NCBI GenBank assembly: GCA_018820315.1
Contig: JAHJOQ010000092.1
Location: forward strand, 6,591 to 70,590
DNA length: 64,000 bases
Reading direction: 5' to 3'
DNA from: Candidatus Zixiibacteriota bacterium
Lineage (GTDB): Bacteria; Zixibacteria; MSB-5A5; JAABVY01; JAHJOQ01
Positions 9,954-20,261 of the stretch are shown in pieces; within the stretch, counting starts at the first letter, position 1; each line of letters begins with the position of its first letter. The notes under the pieces were generated by a model. It searched no databases. It saw only the letters and a program-made list of their open reading frames with translations, and had not been told where the DNA came from. Position numbers and translations under genes: made by a program.

Positions 9954-10518
9954 CGGAAGACTCGCGCTCAAGCGGGCCAGCAATGTGGTCATCGATGTCG
10001 GAGGCGTTGGCTACCTGATTGCCGTTCCGCAATCGACCCTTCGTTCACTCCCCGATGTCGGCTCAGACGTCAGAGTCCTGACCCACTTTCATGTCACCGA
10101 CAGCGGTCAGCAGCTATTCGGGTTCCTGACAGAGGCTGAGAGAGACATCTTTAAGAATCTGATCAGTATATCCGGGATCGGTCCTAAGCTCGCGCTGACA
10201 GTCCTATCGGGTGTCTCGACGCATCAGTTTGCAGAGTTGCTGGCGGCGGATGATGTCGCTCATCTGACAGCGATTCCCGGCATTGGCAAAAAGACCGCCG
10301 CACGTATAATAGTCGAGCTTAAGAGTAAGCTTCCGCAATTGACAGCCACATCGGAGCAGGGCGTTGTGCCTGAGGAGGCAATTCTGGCGCTTCAGTCGCT
10401 TGGCTATTCCCAATACGAGGTCAAGAAAGTGATCGAGAAGCTGTCTTCGCAAATCGGCCGAGATAAACTCGCCCAACTATCGACAGAGGACTTCCTGAAG
10501 GCTGCGTTGAGCGCCTGA
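9934..10518 (+). CDS. ruvA: Holliday junction DNA helicase RuvA
   Basis: MYEYISGRL...VIDVGGVGYLI N-terminal OB domain. HhH motifs (ISGIGPKLAL, IPGIGKKTAARI). Start taken as ATG at 9934/9937 rather than the upstream GTG used by the track. Confidence 0.88.
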   Translation: MMYEYISGRLALKRASNVVIDVGGVGYLIAVPQSTLRSLPDVGSDVRVLTHFHVTDSGQQLFGFLTEAERDIFKNLISISGIGPKLALTVLSGVSTHQFAELLAADDVAHLTAIPGIGKKTAARIIVELKSKLPQLTATSEQGVVPEEAILALQSLGYSQYEVKKVIEKLSSQIGRDKLAQLSTEDFLKAALSA

Positions 10519-10629
10519 AGTCTGCATAGGTCTTCTGATGGTCTGCTATTCATTAAATCCTCATGGGTTCTGCCCTCCAAATCCTGATTTTAGTTGGTAT
10601 TTCCCGCTGTTTTTCGTAGAATATGTGCC

Positions 10630-11655
10630 ATGAGTTCAGAGCGACTGACAACACCCGACAAGATGACTAACGAGGTCGAGTTTGACGCGAGTCTTCGACC
10701 GAAGAAATTCGACGATTTTGTCGGCCAGCTCAAGCTGAAAGAGAATCTCAAAGTCTTTATTCAGGCCGCCATTGAGCGGGGTGACGCTCTCGATCATTCG
10801 CTCTTCTGCGGGCCCCCAGGTCTGGGAAAGACTACGCTCGCATACATTATGGGCGAGGAGCTCGGCGTCAAAGTCAAATCGACATCTGGTCCGGTGCTGG
10901 AGAAGGCTGCCGATCTTGCTGGTCTTTTGACAAATTTGAAAGATCGCGAGATTCTGTTCGTTGATGAAATCCACAGGCTCAGTCGCGTGGTCGAAGAGTA
11001 CTTATATCCGGCAATGGAAGACTTCTCCCTTGATATCATGATCGACAAGGGGCCGGCAGCACGGTCAGTGAAGTTGCCGCTCAAGCGGTTCACGTTGATA
11101 GGCGCTACCACAAGAGCCGGATTGCTCACATCACCTTTGCGAGATAGATTCGGCGTGGTCGGCAGACTAAACTACTACGACCCTGACGACCTCCAGAAGA
11201 TTCTCATCCGGTCAGCAGGAATACTCGGAATCGAGGTCGATGCCGCAGGCGCCTTCGAGATCGCACGCAGGTCGCGTGGCACACCTCGTGTTGCCAACAG
11301 GCTGTTGCGTCGAGTACGCGATTTCGCTCAGGTTGCCGGTGATGGCATTGTCACTGCCGAGATTGCAGAGAATGCGCTGTTGCGCCTCGACGTGGACGAT
11401 CTTGGCCTCGACGAGATGGATAAGAGGATTCTCGACGTGATAATCTGCAAATTCAATGGCGGACCGGTCGGTATCTCAACCGTAGCGGTAGCTGTCGCCG
11501 AAGAGCCGGGTACGATCGAGGAAGTCTACGAGCCATTTCTGATTCAGGAAGGTCTGCTGCAGCGAACGCCAAGAGGACGCGTCGCCACACAGAAGGCCTT
11601 CGAGCATCTAGGCATTACGAGAGCCGAGAGTGAATCACAAGGCGATCTTTTTTGA
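10630..11655 (+). CDS. ruvB: Holliday junction DNA helicase RuvB
   Basis: Walker [12 protein letters not shown]. Sensor and arginine-finger regions. RuvB C-terminal winged helix. Start at internal ATG (MSSERL). Confidence 0.93.
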   Translation: MSSERLTTPDKMTNEVEFDASLRPKKFDDFVGQLKLKENLKVFIQAAIERGDALDHSLFCGPPGLGKTTLAYIMGEELGVKVKSTSGPVLEKAADLAGLLTNLKDREILFVDEIHRLSRVVEEYLYPAMEDFSLDIMIDKGPAARSVKLPLKRFTLIGATTRAGLLTSPLRDRFGVVGRLNYYDPDDLQKILIRSAGILGIEVDAAGAFEIARRSRGTPRVANRLLRRVRDFAQVAGDGIVTAEIAENALLRLDVDDLGLDEMDKRILDVIICKFNGGPVGISTVAVAVAEEPGTIEEVYEPFLIQEGLLQRTPRGRVATQKAFEHLGITRAESESQGDLF

Positions 11656-11660
11656 ACCCT

Positions 11661-12197
11661 ATGAACATCCTGGTTCACATTTGCTGCGGACCGTGCGCTG
11701 TGCATCCATTTGAGAAGCTTATCGATGAAGGGCACCGGGTAGCAGGATACTGGTACAACCCGAATATCCATCCTTACAGAGAGTACAAAGAACGACTTGA
11801 AAGTTTGAAGAAGCTCGAAAGCCTTACAAGATTCGAGATGATTTACTTCGATAGTTACGATCTCGAGAAATATCTGGAGAGCGTTATGCCGGATCTCGAT
11901 CGACGCTGCATGCATTGCTATGACCTTCGTCTAATGCAAACCGCAACGTACGCAAAAGAAAATGGATTTGACGCGTTCAGTTCGACTCTGCTCGTGTCCC
12001 CATATCAGGACCAGGATTGGATACGTGATGTTGGCGCGGCCGTGCAGGAGAAGACTGGAGTGAGATTTCTCGATATAGACTTCACGCCCGGATTCCGCGA
12101 CGGTAAACAGAAGGCTTACGACATGGGACTCTACATGCAGAAATACTGCGGCTGCATTTTTTCAGAACGAGAAAGATACGAAAAGAAGAAGCCATGA
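11661..12197 (+). CDS. queH: epoxyqueuosine reductase QueH (DUF208)
   Basis: N-terminal ILVHICCGPC cysteine cluster and later CMHCYDLR and YCGCIF cysteines, typical of DUF208/QueH. Adjacent to queA. Confidence 0.6.
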   Translation: MNILVHICCGPCAVHPFEKLIDEGHRVAGYWYNPNIHPYREYKERLESLKKLESLTRFEMIYFDSYDLEKYLESVMPDLDRRCMHCYDLRLMQTATYAKENGFDAFSSTLLVSPYQDQDWIRDVGAAVQEKTGVRFLDIDFTPGFRDGKQKAYDMGLYMQKYCGCIFSERERYEKKKP

Positions 12198-12297
12198 GCC
12201 CGCTCTCATCTTCCGGAAAGATAGTCATCATTCCGATTGTCACCTCAATAATCCACAGTGCAATCGCGACCCTCATCCTGAATCTGATCGGTAGAAA

Positions 12298-13323
12298 ATG
12301 AAGGTTGCTGACTTCCATTATGATCTTCCGGAGCGCCTGATCGCGCGTTATCCAGCGAGGTCGCGGACCGGCTCGCGGTTGCTGATTCTTGACCGATCAA
12401 GTGGTCAGATAAGTCATCGTCGATTCCCGGACATTACCGGGTACCTGAAGGAGGGCGATGCCCTGATCGTCAATGATTCCAGGGTCTTCAAGGCGAGGCT
12501 GCATGGAGTCAAAGTCAAGACTGGTGGAGAGGTCGAGTTCCTTTGTCTGAACAGAGTGTCGGACCATACTTGGAAAGTGCTGTGCCGCCCCGCAAAGCGA
12601 ATCAGAATCGGATCTCGCGTGCGATTTGGAGAGAGTGGAGAGGCAGTTGTTATCGAAGATCTGCAGAGCGGTGAGCGAGTCGTGCAGTTCTCTGAGGACC
12701 CTCTCGGCATCTGCGAGCAGATCGGTGAGCTCCCTTTGCCCCCATATTTCAAACGATCCGCGGAGGAAAGCGATCTGGTGCGCTATCAAACGGTCTACAG
12801 CAAGCATTTGGGATCAGTAGCGGCTCCGACGGCGGGGCTTCATTTCACCGAGGGACTCCTCGATCGCATAAGCGAAACGGGTGTCGAGCTGGTAAAACTG
12901 ACCCTGCATGTCGGATGGGGTACATTCAGGCCGGTGACTGCTCAGGAGGCGAACGATCACAGAGTGGAAGAAGAGTGGTATTCGGTCGATGCAAAGGCCG
13001 CAGCGCAGATTCGAAGAACTCGCGACAATGGCGGGAGAATGGTCGTTGTCGGGACGACATCCACACGAGCGCTTGAGAGCTGGTGGCGTGATACATCTGG
13101 CGAATTATACGCTAGCTCCGGGCTGACTGACCTGTTCATATATCCCCCATATAGGTTTAATCTGGTTGACAAATTGGTCACGAATTTCCATCTTCCTAGG
13201 TCGAGCTTGCTGATGCTTGTTTCGGCGTTGGCAGGACGAGAAAACATCCTGAGATGCTACGGCGAGGCTGTGTCGAGGGATTACCGTTTCTACAGCTACG
13301 GCGATGCGATGTTGATTCTATGA
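12298..13323 (+). CDS. queA: S-adenosylmethionine:tRNA ribosyltransferase-isomerase QueA
   Basis: MKVADFHYDLPERLIARYP N-terminus, 341 aa, typical QueA length and motifs. Confidence 0.88.
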   Translation: MKVADFHYDLPERLIARYPARSRTGSRLLILDRSSGQISHRRFPDITGYLKEGDALIVNDSRVFKARLHGVKVKTGGEVEFLCLNRVSDHTWKVLCRPAKRIRIGSRVRFGESGEAVVIEDLQSGERVVQFSEDPLGICEQIGELPLPPYFKRSAEESDLVRYQTVYSKHLGSVAAPTAGLHFTEGLLDRISETGVELVKLTLHVGWGTFRPVTAQEANDHRVEEEWYSVDAKAAAQIRRTRDNGGRMVVVGTTSTRALESWWRDTSGELYASSGLTDLFIYPPYRFNLVDKLVTNFHLPRSSLLMLVSALAGRENILRCYGEAVSRDYRFYSYGDAMLIL

Positions 13324-14027
13324 AAACTACTGCAATAATTGCTGCTGCAGGAAGAAGTGCGAGGCTTCCGGGTGCTGTTCCAAAGCAGTTTCGGCCCGTG
13401 GCAGGCCGACCGGTTCTCGCGCATACATTGAAGAAGTTTGATCTCTGTCCGGATATCACTGACGTGATCGTGGTTGTAGCTGAGGATTACTTGTTGTATA
13501 CAAGCGATGCCGTGGTGGATCGGTATGAGATTTCCAAGGTCAGGAAAATCGTTCCCGGTAAGGAAACGAGGTTTGAATCGATTGCAGCCGTGCTGGAAAG
13601 CCTACCCGCAAGTTGTGAAATAGTGGTTATCCATGACGGTGTGCGGCCTATGGTGAGACCTGAAGTGATCTCCAGGGGCATTGCCGTCTGTCGCGATGAA
13701 TCAGCCGTTGTATGCGCGTTGCGGGCCACTGATGCTGTCAAGCGCGTCGAGAATAACTACATTCTTGCAACGTTGGACAAAGAGAGAATGTATCTGGCTC
13801 AGACTCCGCAGTTTTTTGAACGTGAGCTGATTCTCAATTCATACAGGAAGATCGCCGCATCGGGAGTCACTTTCAGTGATGACTCATATGTGGTTGAAGC
13901 TGCCGGCTACAAAGTACGGATTATCGATGGCGATGAGGCCAACATGAAGATAACAACTCCGAGGGACCTTGAATTAATGCGATTTCTTCTGGCATCGGAG
14001 GCGGAGGAATCAAATGCCGGAGTTTAG
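13320..14027 (+). CDS. ispD: 2-C-methyl-D-erythritol 4-phosphate cytidylyltransferase IspD
   Basis: MKTTAIIAAAGRSARLPGAVPKQF glycine-rich nucleotide-binding N-terminus. ATGA overlap with the queA stop. Confidence 0.82.
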   Translation: MKTTAIIAAAGRSARLPGAVPKQFRPVAGRPVLAHTLKKFDLCPDITDVIVVVAEDYLLYTSDAVVDRYEISKVRKIVPGKETRFESIAAVLESLPASCEIVVIHDGVRPMVRPEVISRGIAVCRDESAVVCALRATDAVKRVENNYILATLDKERMYLAQTPQFFERELILNSYRKIAASGVTFSDDSYVVEAAGYKVRIIDGDEANMKITTPRDLELMRFLLASEAEESNAGV

Positions 14028-14556
14028 GGTAGGATACGGTTTCGCCGCCCACAGGCTGGTCGAGGGGACGAAGCTCGTAATTGGAGGTCTGGAAATTGAT
14101 GTTCCTCTCAGCCTCGAAGGTGATTATGATGCCGATGTGTTGGTGCATTCAATCGTTGATGCTCTGCTCGGCGCGGCGAATCTGGGCGATATCAGAGAGA
14201 ATTTCCCTTCGACAGATTCCAAGTATGTTGGCATAGCGAGTCTCAGGTTGCTGGAGCTTGTGAAAATCAAGCTGTCGAATGGCGGTTATGAGATAGAGAA
14301 TATAGATGCCACTATCATAGCGGAATTGCCACAACTTCGCGACTTGCGAGAATATATGGCTTCAGCAATCGCGACTGAACTGGGAGTGGATCTATATCAA
14401 GTCTCTATCAAGTTGACATCGACGGATGGTCTTGGATGTACAGCCGGAGGCAAGGGAGCGGCTGCTGCGGCAGTAGTCTGTCTGCACGAGATTTCACCTG
14501 AGGATAAGGATGAAGAGAATGGTGTCGGCTCTGAGGAAGAGTTTGAGGATGAGTGA
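14014..14556 (+). CDS. ispF: 2-C-methyl-D-erythritol 2,4-cyclodiphosphate synthase IspF, with acidic C-terminal extension
   Basis: FRVGYGFAAHRL and DVLVHSIVDALLGAANLGDI zinc-site motifs. About 25-aa Asp/Glu-rich tail (PEDKDEENGVGSEEEFEDE). Confidence 0.85.
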   Translation: MPEFRVGYGFAAHRLVEGTKLVIGGLEIDVPLSLEGDYDADVLVHSIVDALLGAANLGDIRENFPSTDSKYVGIASLRLLELVKIKLSNGGYEIENIDATIIAELPQLRDLREYMASAIATELGVDLYQVSIKLTSTDGLGCTAGGKGAAAAAVVCLHEISPEDKDEENGVGSEEEFEDE

Positions 14557-15181
14557 ATTCCTTTCGCCGGGACATATAGACAATGTGATCAGGCTCGTAA
14601 CCGAGCACGGTACCGGCTGGATATTGCTTTTCGTATTTGTGTCGATGTTTATCGAGAACGTGTTCCCGCCCTACCCGGGGGATGCAGTGATTTTTGCGGC
14701 CGGGTTCATCAGCGGCTCCGGCAAGATGAGTGTTGTACCGCTGCTTATTCTGTCAATGATTGGGAGTATCGCATCGATTATGCTGCTGCATTATATCGGG
14801 CGGCGCTACGGAAGAGTTGTTTTCGAGAGTCGGCGGCTCAAATTTCTGAAGCCGGAAGCTCTTCCCAGGATAGAGACGTGGTTCGAAAAGTACGGCGACA
14901 CACTATTGGTTGCGTCGAGATTCCTTGCAGGGACACGGGCGCTGGTCGCATTCTCTGCCGGTGTTGGCAGGATCAGTTACTCCAGAATGGCCGTGCTTTC
15001 AGGCATCTCAGTTGTGATCTGGAATAGTCTGATAATCCTTTCTGCGTATTTTCTCAAGAGCAACTGGGAAGCGGTCTACGACATCCTTATGACTTACAAT
15101 CAGGTGATATTCGCAGTCATAGTAATAGCAGTCTGCACGTTCGTCATTTTCAAAATAGCGCGAAGGGTACGCTCCAAATGA
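14549..15181 (+). CDS. DedA/TVP38 family membrane protein
   Basis: Multiple TM helices and the SRFLAGTRALVAFSAG DedA signature region. ATG just before the ispF stop. Confidence 0.65.
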   Translation: MSEFLSPGHIDNVIRLVTEHGTGWILLFVFVSMFIENVFPPYPGDAVIFAAGFISGSGKMSVVPLLILSMIGSIASIMLLHYIGRRYGRVVFESRRLKFLKPEALPRIETWFEKYGDTLLVASRFLAGTRALVAFSAGVGRISYSRMAVLSGISVVIWNSLIILSAYFLKSNWEAVYDILMTYNQVIFAVIVIAVCTFVIFKIARRVRSK

Positions 15182-16209
15182 AAGTGCTTGTATTGCTCGG
15201 TGGACTCTCACCAGAACGGGATGTCTCTCTCGATTCGGGCAGCGCGGTGTGCGAAGCATTGAAGAACTCAGGGAATGATGTGATAGCGATAGACACAGGG
15301 GCGGGAGTACTAATTCCGGAAGCTCAATCTAAGAGCATCAAGGCCGCGGTTCGCCATGAGCCGCCCGCTGTAGCTGCGTTAACTGCACTTGACAAGAAGA
15401 GTACTCTGCGGACAATCAGGGAAACTGATCTGTCCGACATTGATGTGGTATTCATAGCACTGCATGGTGGCTCCGGCGAGAATGGTACTATCCAGGCTCT
15501 TCTCGACCTGGCTGGAATTCCTTACACGGGTTCAGGTGTTCTGGCGTCAGCTCTTGCGATGGACAAGGATGTCAGCAAGAAGATATTTGAGCGAGAGAAG
15601 ATTCCGACTCCGGACTGGACCATTGTCGAGTCAATCGACGGGGGAGACTACGTTAATTTCCTGAAACCAATCGCAGATCAATTTGGCTTTCCTGTCATAG
15701 TGAAGCCTGCCGATGGTGGTTCAACTGTCGGTCTGACACTTGTCAAGTCGGCTGATAAACTCAGCTCCGCGCTTCAGCTCGCCGGTGAACTCTCGCGCAA
15801 AATCATGGTTGAGAAATATATTGCGGGAAGGGAATTGACAGTGGGGATACTTCGCGGGAAGCCACTTCCGGTTGCGGAGATAATTGCATCTCACGAGCTT
15901 TATGATTATGAATGTAAGTATTTGCCGGGGATGTCTCAATATGTTGTCCCGGCTGAGATTGACAGCGCCCTGGCTGGGCGATTGCAGGAGTTGGGAGTTA
16001 AGGCCTTTCAGGCACTCGAATGCGCGGGTTATGCGAGAATCGATTTTCGCGTAGATGCGACGGGAGAACCGTATTGCCTCGAAGTGAATACACTGCCGGG
16101 GATGACATCTACTAGCCTGGTTCCCAAAGCAGCGAAGGCAGACGGAATCTCATTCGATAAACTCATAGAGATTATTTGTAATGATGCAATAGCGCGGTTC
16201 AGGAAGTGA
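15178..16209 (+). CDS. ddl: D-alanine--D-alanine ligase
   Basis: MKVLVLLGGLSPERDVSLDSG and ALHGGSGENGTIQALLDLAGIPYTGSG ATP-grasp motifs. 343 aa. Confidence 0.9.
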   Translation: MKVLVLLGGLSPERDVSLDSGSAVCEALKNSGNDVIAIDTGAGVLIPEAQSKSIKAAVRHEPPAVAALTALDKKSTLRTIRETDLSDIDVVFIALHGGSGENGTIQALLDLAGIPYTGSGVLASALAMDKDVSKKIFEREKIPTPDWTIVESIDGGDYVNFLKPIADQFGFPVIVKPADGGSTVGLTLVKSADKLSSALQLAGELSRKIMVEKYIAGRELTVGILRGKPLPVAEIIASHELYDYECKYLPGMSQYVVPAEIDSALAGRLQELGVKAFQALECAGYARIDFRVDATGEPYCLEVNTLPGMTSTSLVPKAAKADGISFDKLIEIICNDAIARFRK

Positions 16210-16323
16210 GAGCGAAGCCGTAATGACGAAATGTCGCAGCTCGTGTCGGAGCAGCCTCGCATCTGAATCGAGGATTAAGGAGACAAGAGAACACCTTATC
16301 ATATCAAGAAAAGTGGAGTCGAA

Positions 16324-17400
16324 ATGGACAAGACAGAACTTCTGCTGCAGGAACTGACTGATGCCTGTGGCGCACCGGGGCATGAGGCTGCGATCGCTGC
16401 AATAATGAAGAAGCACCTCGAGGCGGTGTCGGACGGAATCTCGTACGACAAGCTGGGTAGCATAATCGCAGAGAAGAAAGGGGCAACATCGGAACCACGA
16501 GTCATGATCGCCGGACACATGGATGAAGTCGGGTTTATCGTAGGTTCTATCACGAAATCAGGCTTTGTGAGGTTCCTGCCTCTCGGTGGCTGGTGGGGAC
16601 ATGTTGCTCTCGCTCAGAGGGTCACGATTCTGACCGCGAAGGGCCCTGTTGTCGGAGTGATCGGCTCAACGCCGCCACACATACTCGATCCTGAGGCGCG
16701 CAAGAAGGTGATCGAAATTGAGGATATGTTTATTGATGTGGGCGCCATGGATAATTACGATGTGCAGAAGAGGCTTGGTATCACTGTTGGCGATGTCATA
16801 GTACCGTACAGTCCGTTCACCATAATGAATCACAAGAAAATGTACCTTGCCAAGGCCTTTGATGACAGAGTCGGTTGTGCCATTGTAATTGAGACAATGG
16901 AGAAGCTCGCTAAAGTGAAGCATCCGAACACTATCTACGGAATAGGCACGGTCATGGAGGAAGTCGGTCTTCGCGGTGCGATCACGTCTGCGTGGGCATG
17001 TGACCCCGATGTCGCAATCGCTCTCGATGTCGGACCTGCGAAGGACACGCCGGGGATCAAGGGTGATAACGAGGAAAAGCTGGGAGGAGGAGCCGCAATT
17101 TTCGTTTATGATGCAGGGCTGATCCCGAATGTCAAGCTCAAAGAGCTGGTTATCGATACAGCGAAGAAAAACAAAATTCCGTACTGTCTGTCGACATTGC
17201 AGCGTGGAGCGACGGATGCCGGCCGGATTCACATGGTGAGGCAGGGCGTCCCATCGATCTGTATCGCTGTAAATACCCGATATATTCATGGTCACACGAG
17301 CATCATATATCGTCATGACTATCTCAACACGGTGAAGCTTGTTACTGAGGTGATCAAACGCCTTGATAAGAAGACGGTAAAGAGTCTGACGCAGCCGTAG
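16324..17400 (+). CDS. M42 family aminopeptidase (FrvX/glutamyl aminopeptidase-like)
   Basis: IAGHMDEVGFIV metal-binding motif and typical M42 length (358 aa). Confidence 0.72.
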   Translation: MDKTELLLQELTDACGAPGHEAAIAAIMKKHLEAVSDGISYDKLGSIIAEKKGATSEPRVMIAGHMDEVGFIVGSITKSGFVRFLPLGGWWGHVALAQRVTILTAKGPVVGVIGSTPPHILDPEARKKVIEIEDMFIDVGAMDNYDVQKRLGITVGDVIVPYSPFTIMNHKKMYLAKAFDDRVGCAIVIETMEKLAKVKHPNTIYGIGTVMEEVGLRGAITSAWACDPDVAIALDVGPAKDTPGIKGDNEEKLGGGAAIFVYDAGLIPNVKLKELVIDTAKKNKIPYCLSTLQRGATDAGRIHMVRQGVPSICIAVNTRYIHGHTSIIYRHDYLNTVKLVTEVIKRLDKKTVKSLTQP

Positions 17401-17499
17401 ATTTCTGAACTCTCGGCTCGGATTTGCCGTATATGTGCATAAGTGAGAGTCTAATGGCCTGGCGTTCTTTCATTGTTGATTACCCGAAGGGATTTTGAG

Positions 17500-18897
17500 A
17501 TGGGACTGCAATTCTTTAATACGCTTACACGTCAGAAAGAGGTTTTTGAGCCTATTGTGGATGGACAGGTTAAAATGTACACGTGCGGCCCGACTGTCTA
17601 CGACTTCGCTCATATAGGCAATTTTCGTGCATATATGTTTGAGGACCTTCTGAAGCGGTATCTCAGATACAAGGGCTACAAAGTGACCCAGATCATGAAC
17701 CTTACCGACATCGATGACAAGACAATCAGGGGATCGCAGAAGGAAAACATATCGCTGGATGAGTACACAGCACGCTACAAGAAGGCGTTTTTCGAGGATC
17801 TGGATTCACTGAAGATTGATCGCGCTGATAAGTATCCCGAAGCGACCCGTCATATCGACGAGATGGTCGCAATGATCAAGGTGCTTCTGGACAAGGGATA
17901 CGCCTACGAGACTGATGGCTCCATTTATTTCAAGATATCGCAGTTCAAGAACTACGGGCAATTGTCGCATATGGACATGGCCCAGCTCAAGGTCGGAGCA
18001 CGAGTCGCCGACGACGAGTATGAGAAGGAGCAGATATCCGATTTTGCGCTCTGGAAGGGCTGGGACGAAGCGGACGGACCGGTGTTCTGGGAAACTGAAA
18101 TAGGCAAGGGACGTCCCGGATGGCACTTGGAATGCTCTGCCATGTCTGTCAAGTACCTCGGGAATCACTTCGATATTCATTGCGGCGGTGTCGACAATAT
18201 CTTTCCGCATCACGAGAATGAGATAGCGCAGACACAGGCGGCAACCGGGGAGAAGTTCGTCAACTACTGGCTGCACAACGGGTATCTGCTCGTTGAAGGT
18301 CGGAAAATGTCGAAGTCATTCGACAACTTCTACACGCTCAGACAGATTCTAGATAAGGGTTACACGGCATGCGCCGTCAGATACCTGCTGATGGCGACGC
18401 ACTATCGTCAGCAGCTGAACTTCACTTTTGACGGACTCGAATCCGCTAAGGGCGGTATCGAGAGACTCTGGGATTTCATGAAGCTGGTGAAGTCGATCAG
18501 TGGTGGGGAGTCGAATCCAGCTGTGGATGATTGTATCAGCAGAGCAGCTGCGAAATTCGAAGAGGCGCTTGATGATGACTTGAATATATCCCCTGCACTG
18601 GCGGCAGTGTTTGATTTCGTCAGGGATATCAACCGCCTGATACATGAGAAGGCAATATCGGCTGCCGACGGAGCGAAAGCTCTTGAAGTCATGCAACGGT
18701 TTGACACGGTGCTCGGAGTCATTCAGAAGGATGAGGATGACATCGACAGCGAGATGGAAGATCTGATCAGCAAGAGAAATGATGCTCGCAAGAACAGAGA
18801 TTTCGCTGAGGCAGATAGGATTCGTGACGACCTTCTCGCAAGGGGTATTGTCCTGGAAGATACCGCCGGTGGAACGAAGTGGAAGAGGAAGCTCTAA
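17500..18897 (+). CDS. cysS: cysteine--tRNA ligase
   Basis: YTCGPTVYDFAHIGNFRAY (HIGH region) and KMSKSFDNF (KMSKS). Start at internal ATG (MGLQFFNTLTRQKEVF). Confidence 0.93.
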   Translation: MGLQFFNTLTRQKEVFEPIVDGQVKMYTCGPTVYDFAHIGNFRAYMFEDLLKRYLRYKGYKVTQIMNLTDIDDKTIRGSQKENISLDEYTARYKKAFFEDLDSLKIDRADKYPEATRHIDEMVAMIKVLLDKGYAYETDGSIYFKISQFKNYGQLSHMDMAQLKVGARVADDEYEKEQISDFALWKGWDEADGPVFWETEIGKGRPGWHLECSAMSVKYLGNHFDIHCGGVDNIFPHHENEIAQTQAATGEKFVNYWLHNGYLLVEGRKMSKSFDNFYTLRQILDKGYTACAVRYLLMATHYRQQLNFTFDGLESAKGGIERLWDFMKLVKSISGGESNPAVDDCISRAAAKFEEALDDDLNISPALAAVFDFVRDINRLIHEKAISAADGAKALEVMQRFDTVLGVIQKDEDDIDSEMEDLISKRNDARKNRDFAEADRIRDDLLARGIVLEDTAGGTKWKRKL

Positions 18898-18940
18898 GCG
18901 CTGCCAAGGCGATTAGACCGCGCAGTCTGCATCCGCGTTG

Positions 18941-20155
18941 CTAACGCAGTTGCCGTCTCTGTCTGAATAGTCCTGGCAGGTACATTAGACTGCTTACAGC
19001 TGATATTAGCACGAAAGGCATGACCGGGAGGAGATATCTCGGGGTAGTGTGCGTGAAGAAGAACAGAAGCGTGAAGCTCAGCGGCGGATAGAGCAGGAGC
19101 AGGCGTGTTCCTGCGGGCAGCCTGAAGAGCCCGACGAAGGCGAGCAGCAGAATAGCACCTGCGGCTAAGTGAGTGAGGATACGCAATGGAGGAGTCTCAA
19201 GAAAATGTCTCGTACCCGGAATGAATGACCATACCCACGCAATCCTGCGAACGCCTCTCCAAACAAACTTAATTGGGTCCTTTAGAATATTCTTGAAGGC
19301 CGTCGAGTACATCTCTGTCTCGCTGAAAGATTGCTCCTGTTCACCTGCGCCGATATACAGCAGTGAATCCCTCGATTGCTGACTATCCTCAGATGAAGCA
19401 AACAGCAGGTTTCCGGCCCCGCTTGGAGGGAGTGGCGTGAAACGATCACAGGACTGATAGTTCCTGATTGCCCACGGCAGCAAGGCAATAACAAGGCCGA
19501 CTGCAACGAGAGCAAGATTCTTGAGTCTTCGTTTCCAGCCTGTTTTGGCGGCAACAATCGGTAACCAGATGAGGCCAACCATGGACACGACTATCGGCCT
19601 TGTTAAAACTGCTAAACCGAGGAGAGCGCCAGCGATGAGGAGCCGCCTCCAGGAATTCTGCGAGAGCGCGGATTGAAACGCCCACATGAACAGCAGCATC
19701 AGGAAGATCGTCATCATCTCCGAGAGTATGAGTCCGGCGTTAACCCACAGAGGTACATACAATGATAGTACCAATGCTGCAATCAGAATGAACCGGCTAC
19801 CATGGATTCTGCGGTATATGAGAAGAGCCAAAGCGAAGGAGATCAGTCCAAGAATAGCCTGAGCCATCCTGACAACCATGAAATGCTCTCCGAGGCTCCA
19901 ATACATGACGGTCAGAAACAGAGGGTAGATTGGTTGCAGCGCTCTCGATGGGGTGACACCATCATACGAGTAGATTCCAGTCAGGTCCAGATTCTCTGCT
20001 ATTCGCATATACTGAAGTGCATCGCCTCTAAGAGTGTCGTCGATGAGAACGATGCCGCAAACCTCTATCAAGAGTACTAGCAGAAGGCCTACGAGTAGAG
20101 CTCCATTATACTTGGTCAGTATCCACAAATTGCATCTCCGTCTACAAATGTCCAA
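18941..20155 (-). CDS. polytopic membrane glycosyltransferase (ArnT/PMT family 39-like)
   Basis: About 11 predicted TM helices with an N-terminal loop architecture typical of GT-C mannosyl/arabinosyl transferases. No specific motif confirmed. Confidence 0.45.
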   Translation of the reverse strand: MDICRRRCNLWILTKYNGALLVGLLLVLLIEVCGIVLIDDTLRGDALQYMRIAENLDLTGIYSYDGVTPSRALQPIYPLFLTVMYWSLGEHFMVVRMAQAILGLISFALALLIYRRIHGSRFILIAALVLSLYVPLWVNAGLILSEMMTIFLMLLFMWAFQSALSQNSWRRLLIAGALLGLAVLTRPIVVSMVGLIWLPIVAAKTGWKRRLKNLALVAVGLVIALLPWAIRNYQSCDRFTPLPPSGAGNLLFASSEDSQQSRDSLLYIGAGEQEQSFSETEMYSTAFKNILKDPIKFVWRGVRRIAWVWSFIPGTRHFLETPPLRILTHLAAGAILLLAFVGLFRLPAGTRLLLLYPPLSFTLLFFFTHTTPRYLLPVMPFVLISAVSSLMYLPGLFRQRRQLR

Positions 20156-20208
20156 ACTTGGTTAACCCGAGAATGCGCACAGTGCCGCATGTACAGTGAT
20201 TGACTATG

Positions 20209-20237
20209 CAAAAAGGGCGTCGCTTCCAGACGCCCTT
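20209..20237 (-). terminator. rho-independent terminator closing the minus-strand T6SS locus
   Basis: The minus strand reads GGGCGTC-TGGAAGC-GACGCCC followed by TTTTT, about 25 nt after the stop of 20262..20795. Confidence 0.7.
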
Positions 20238-20261
20238 CATATCTAGTACTTATCGAGCGGT

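Noticed and set aside
16666-17316. 216-aa minus-strand ORF
   Set aside because: Antisense to the M42 peptidase gene.
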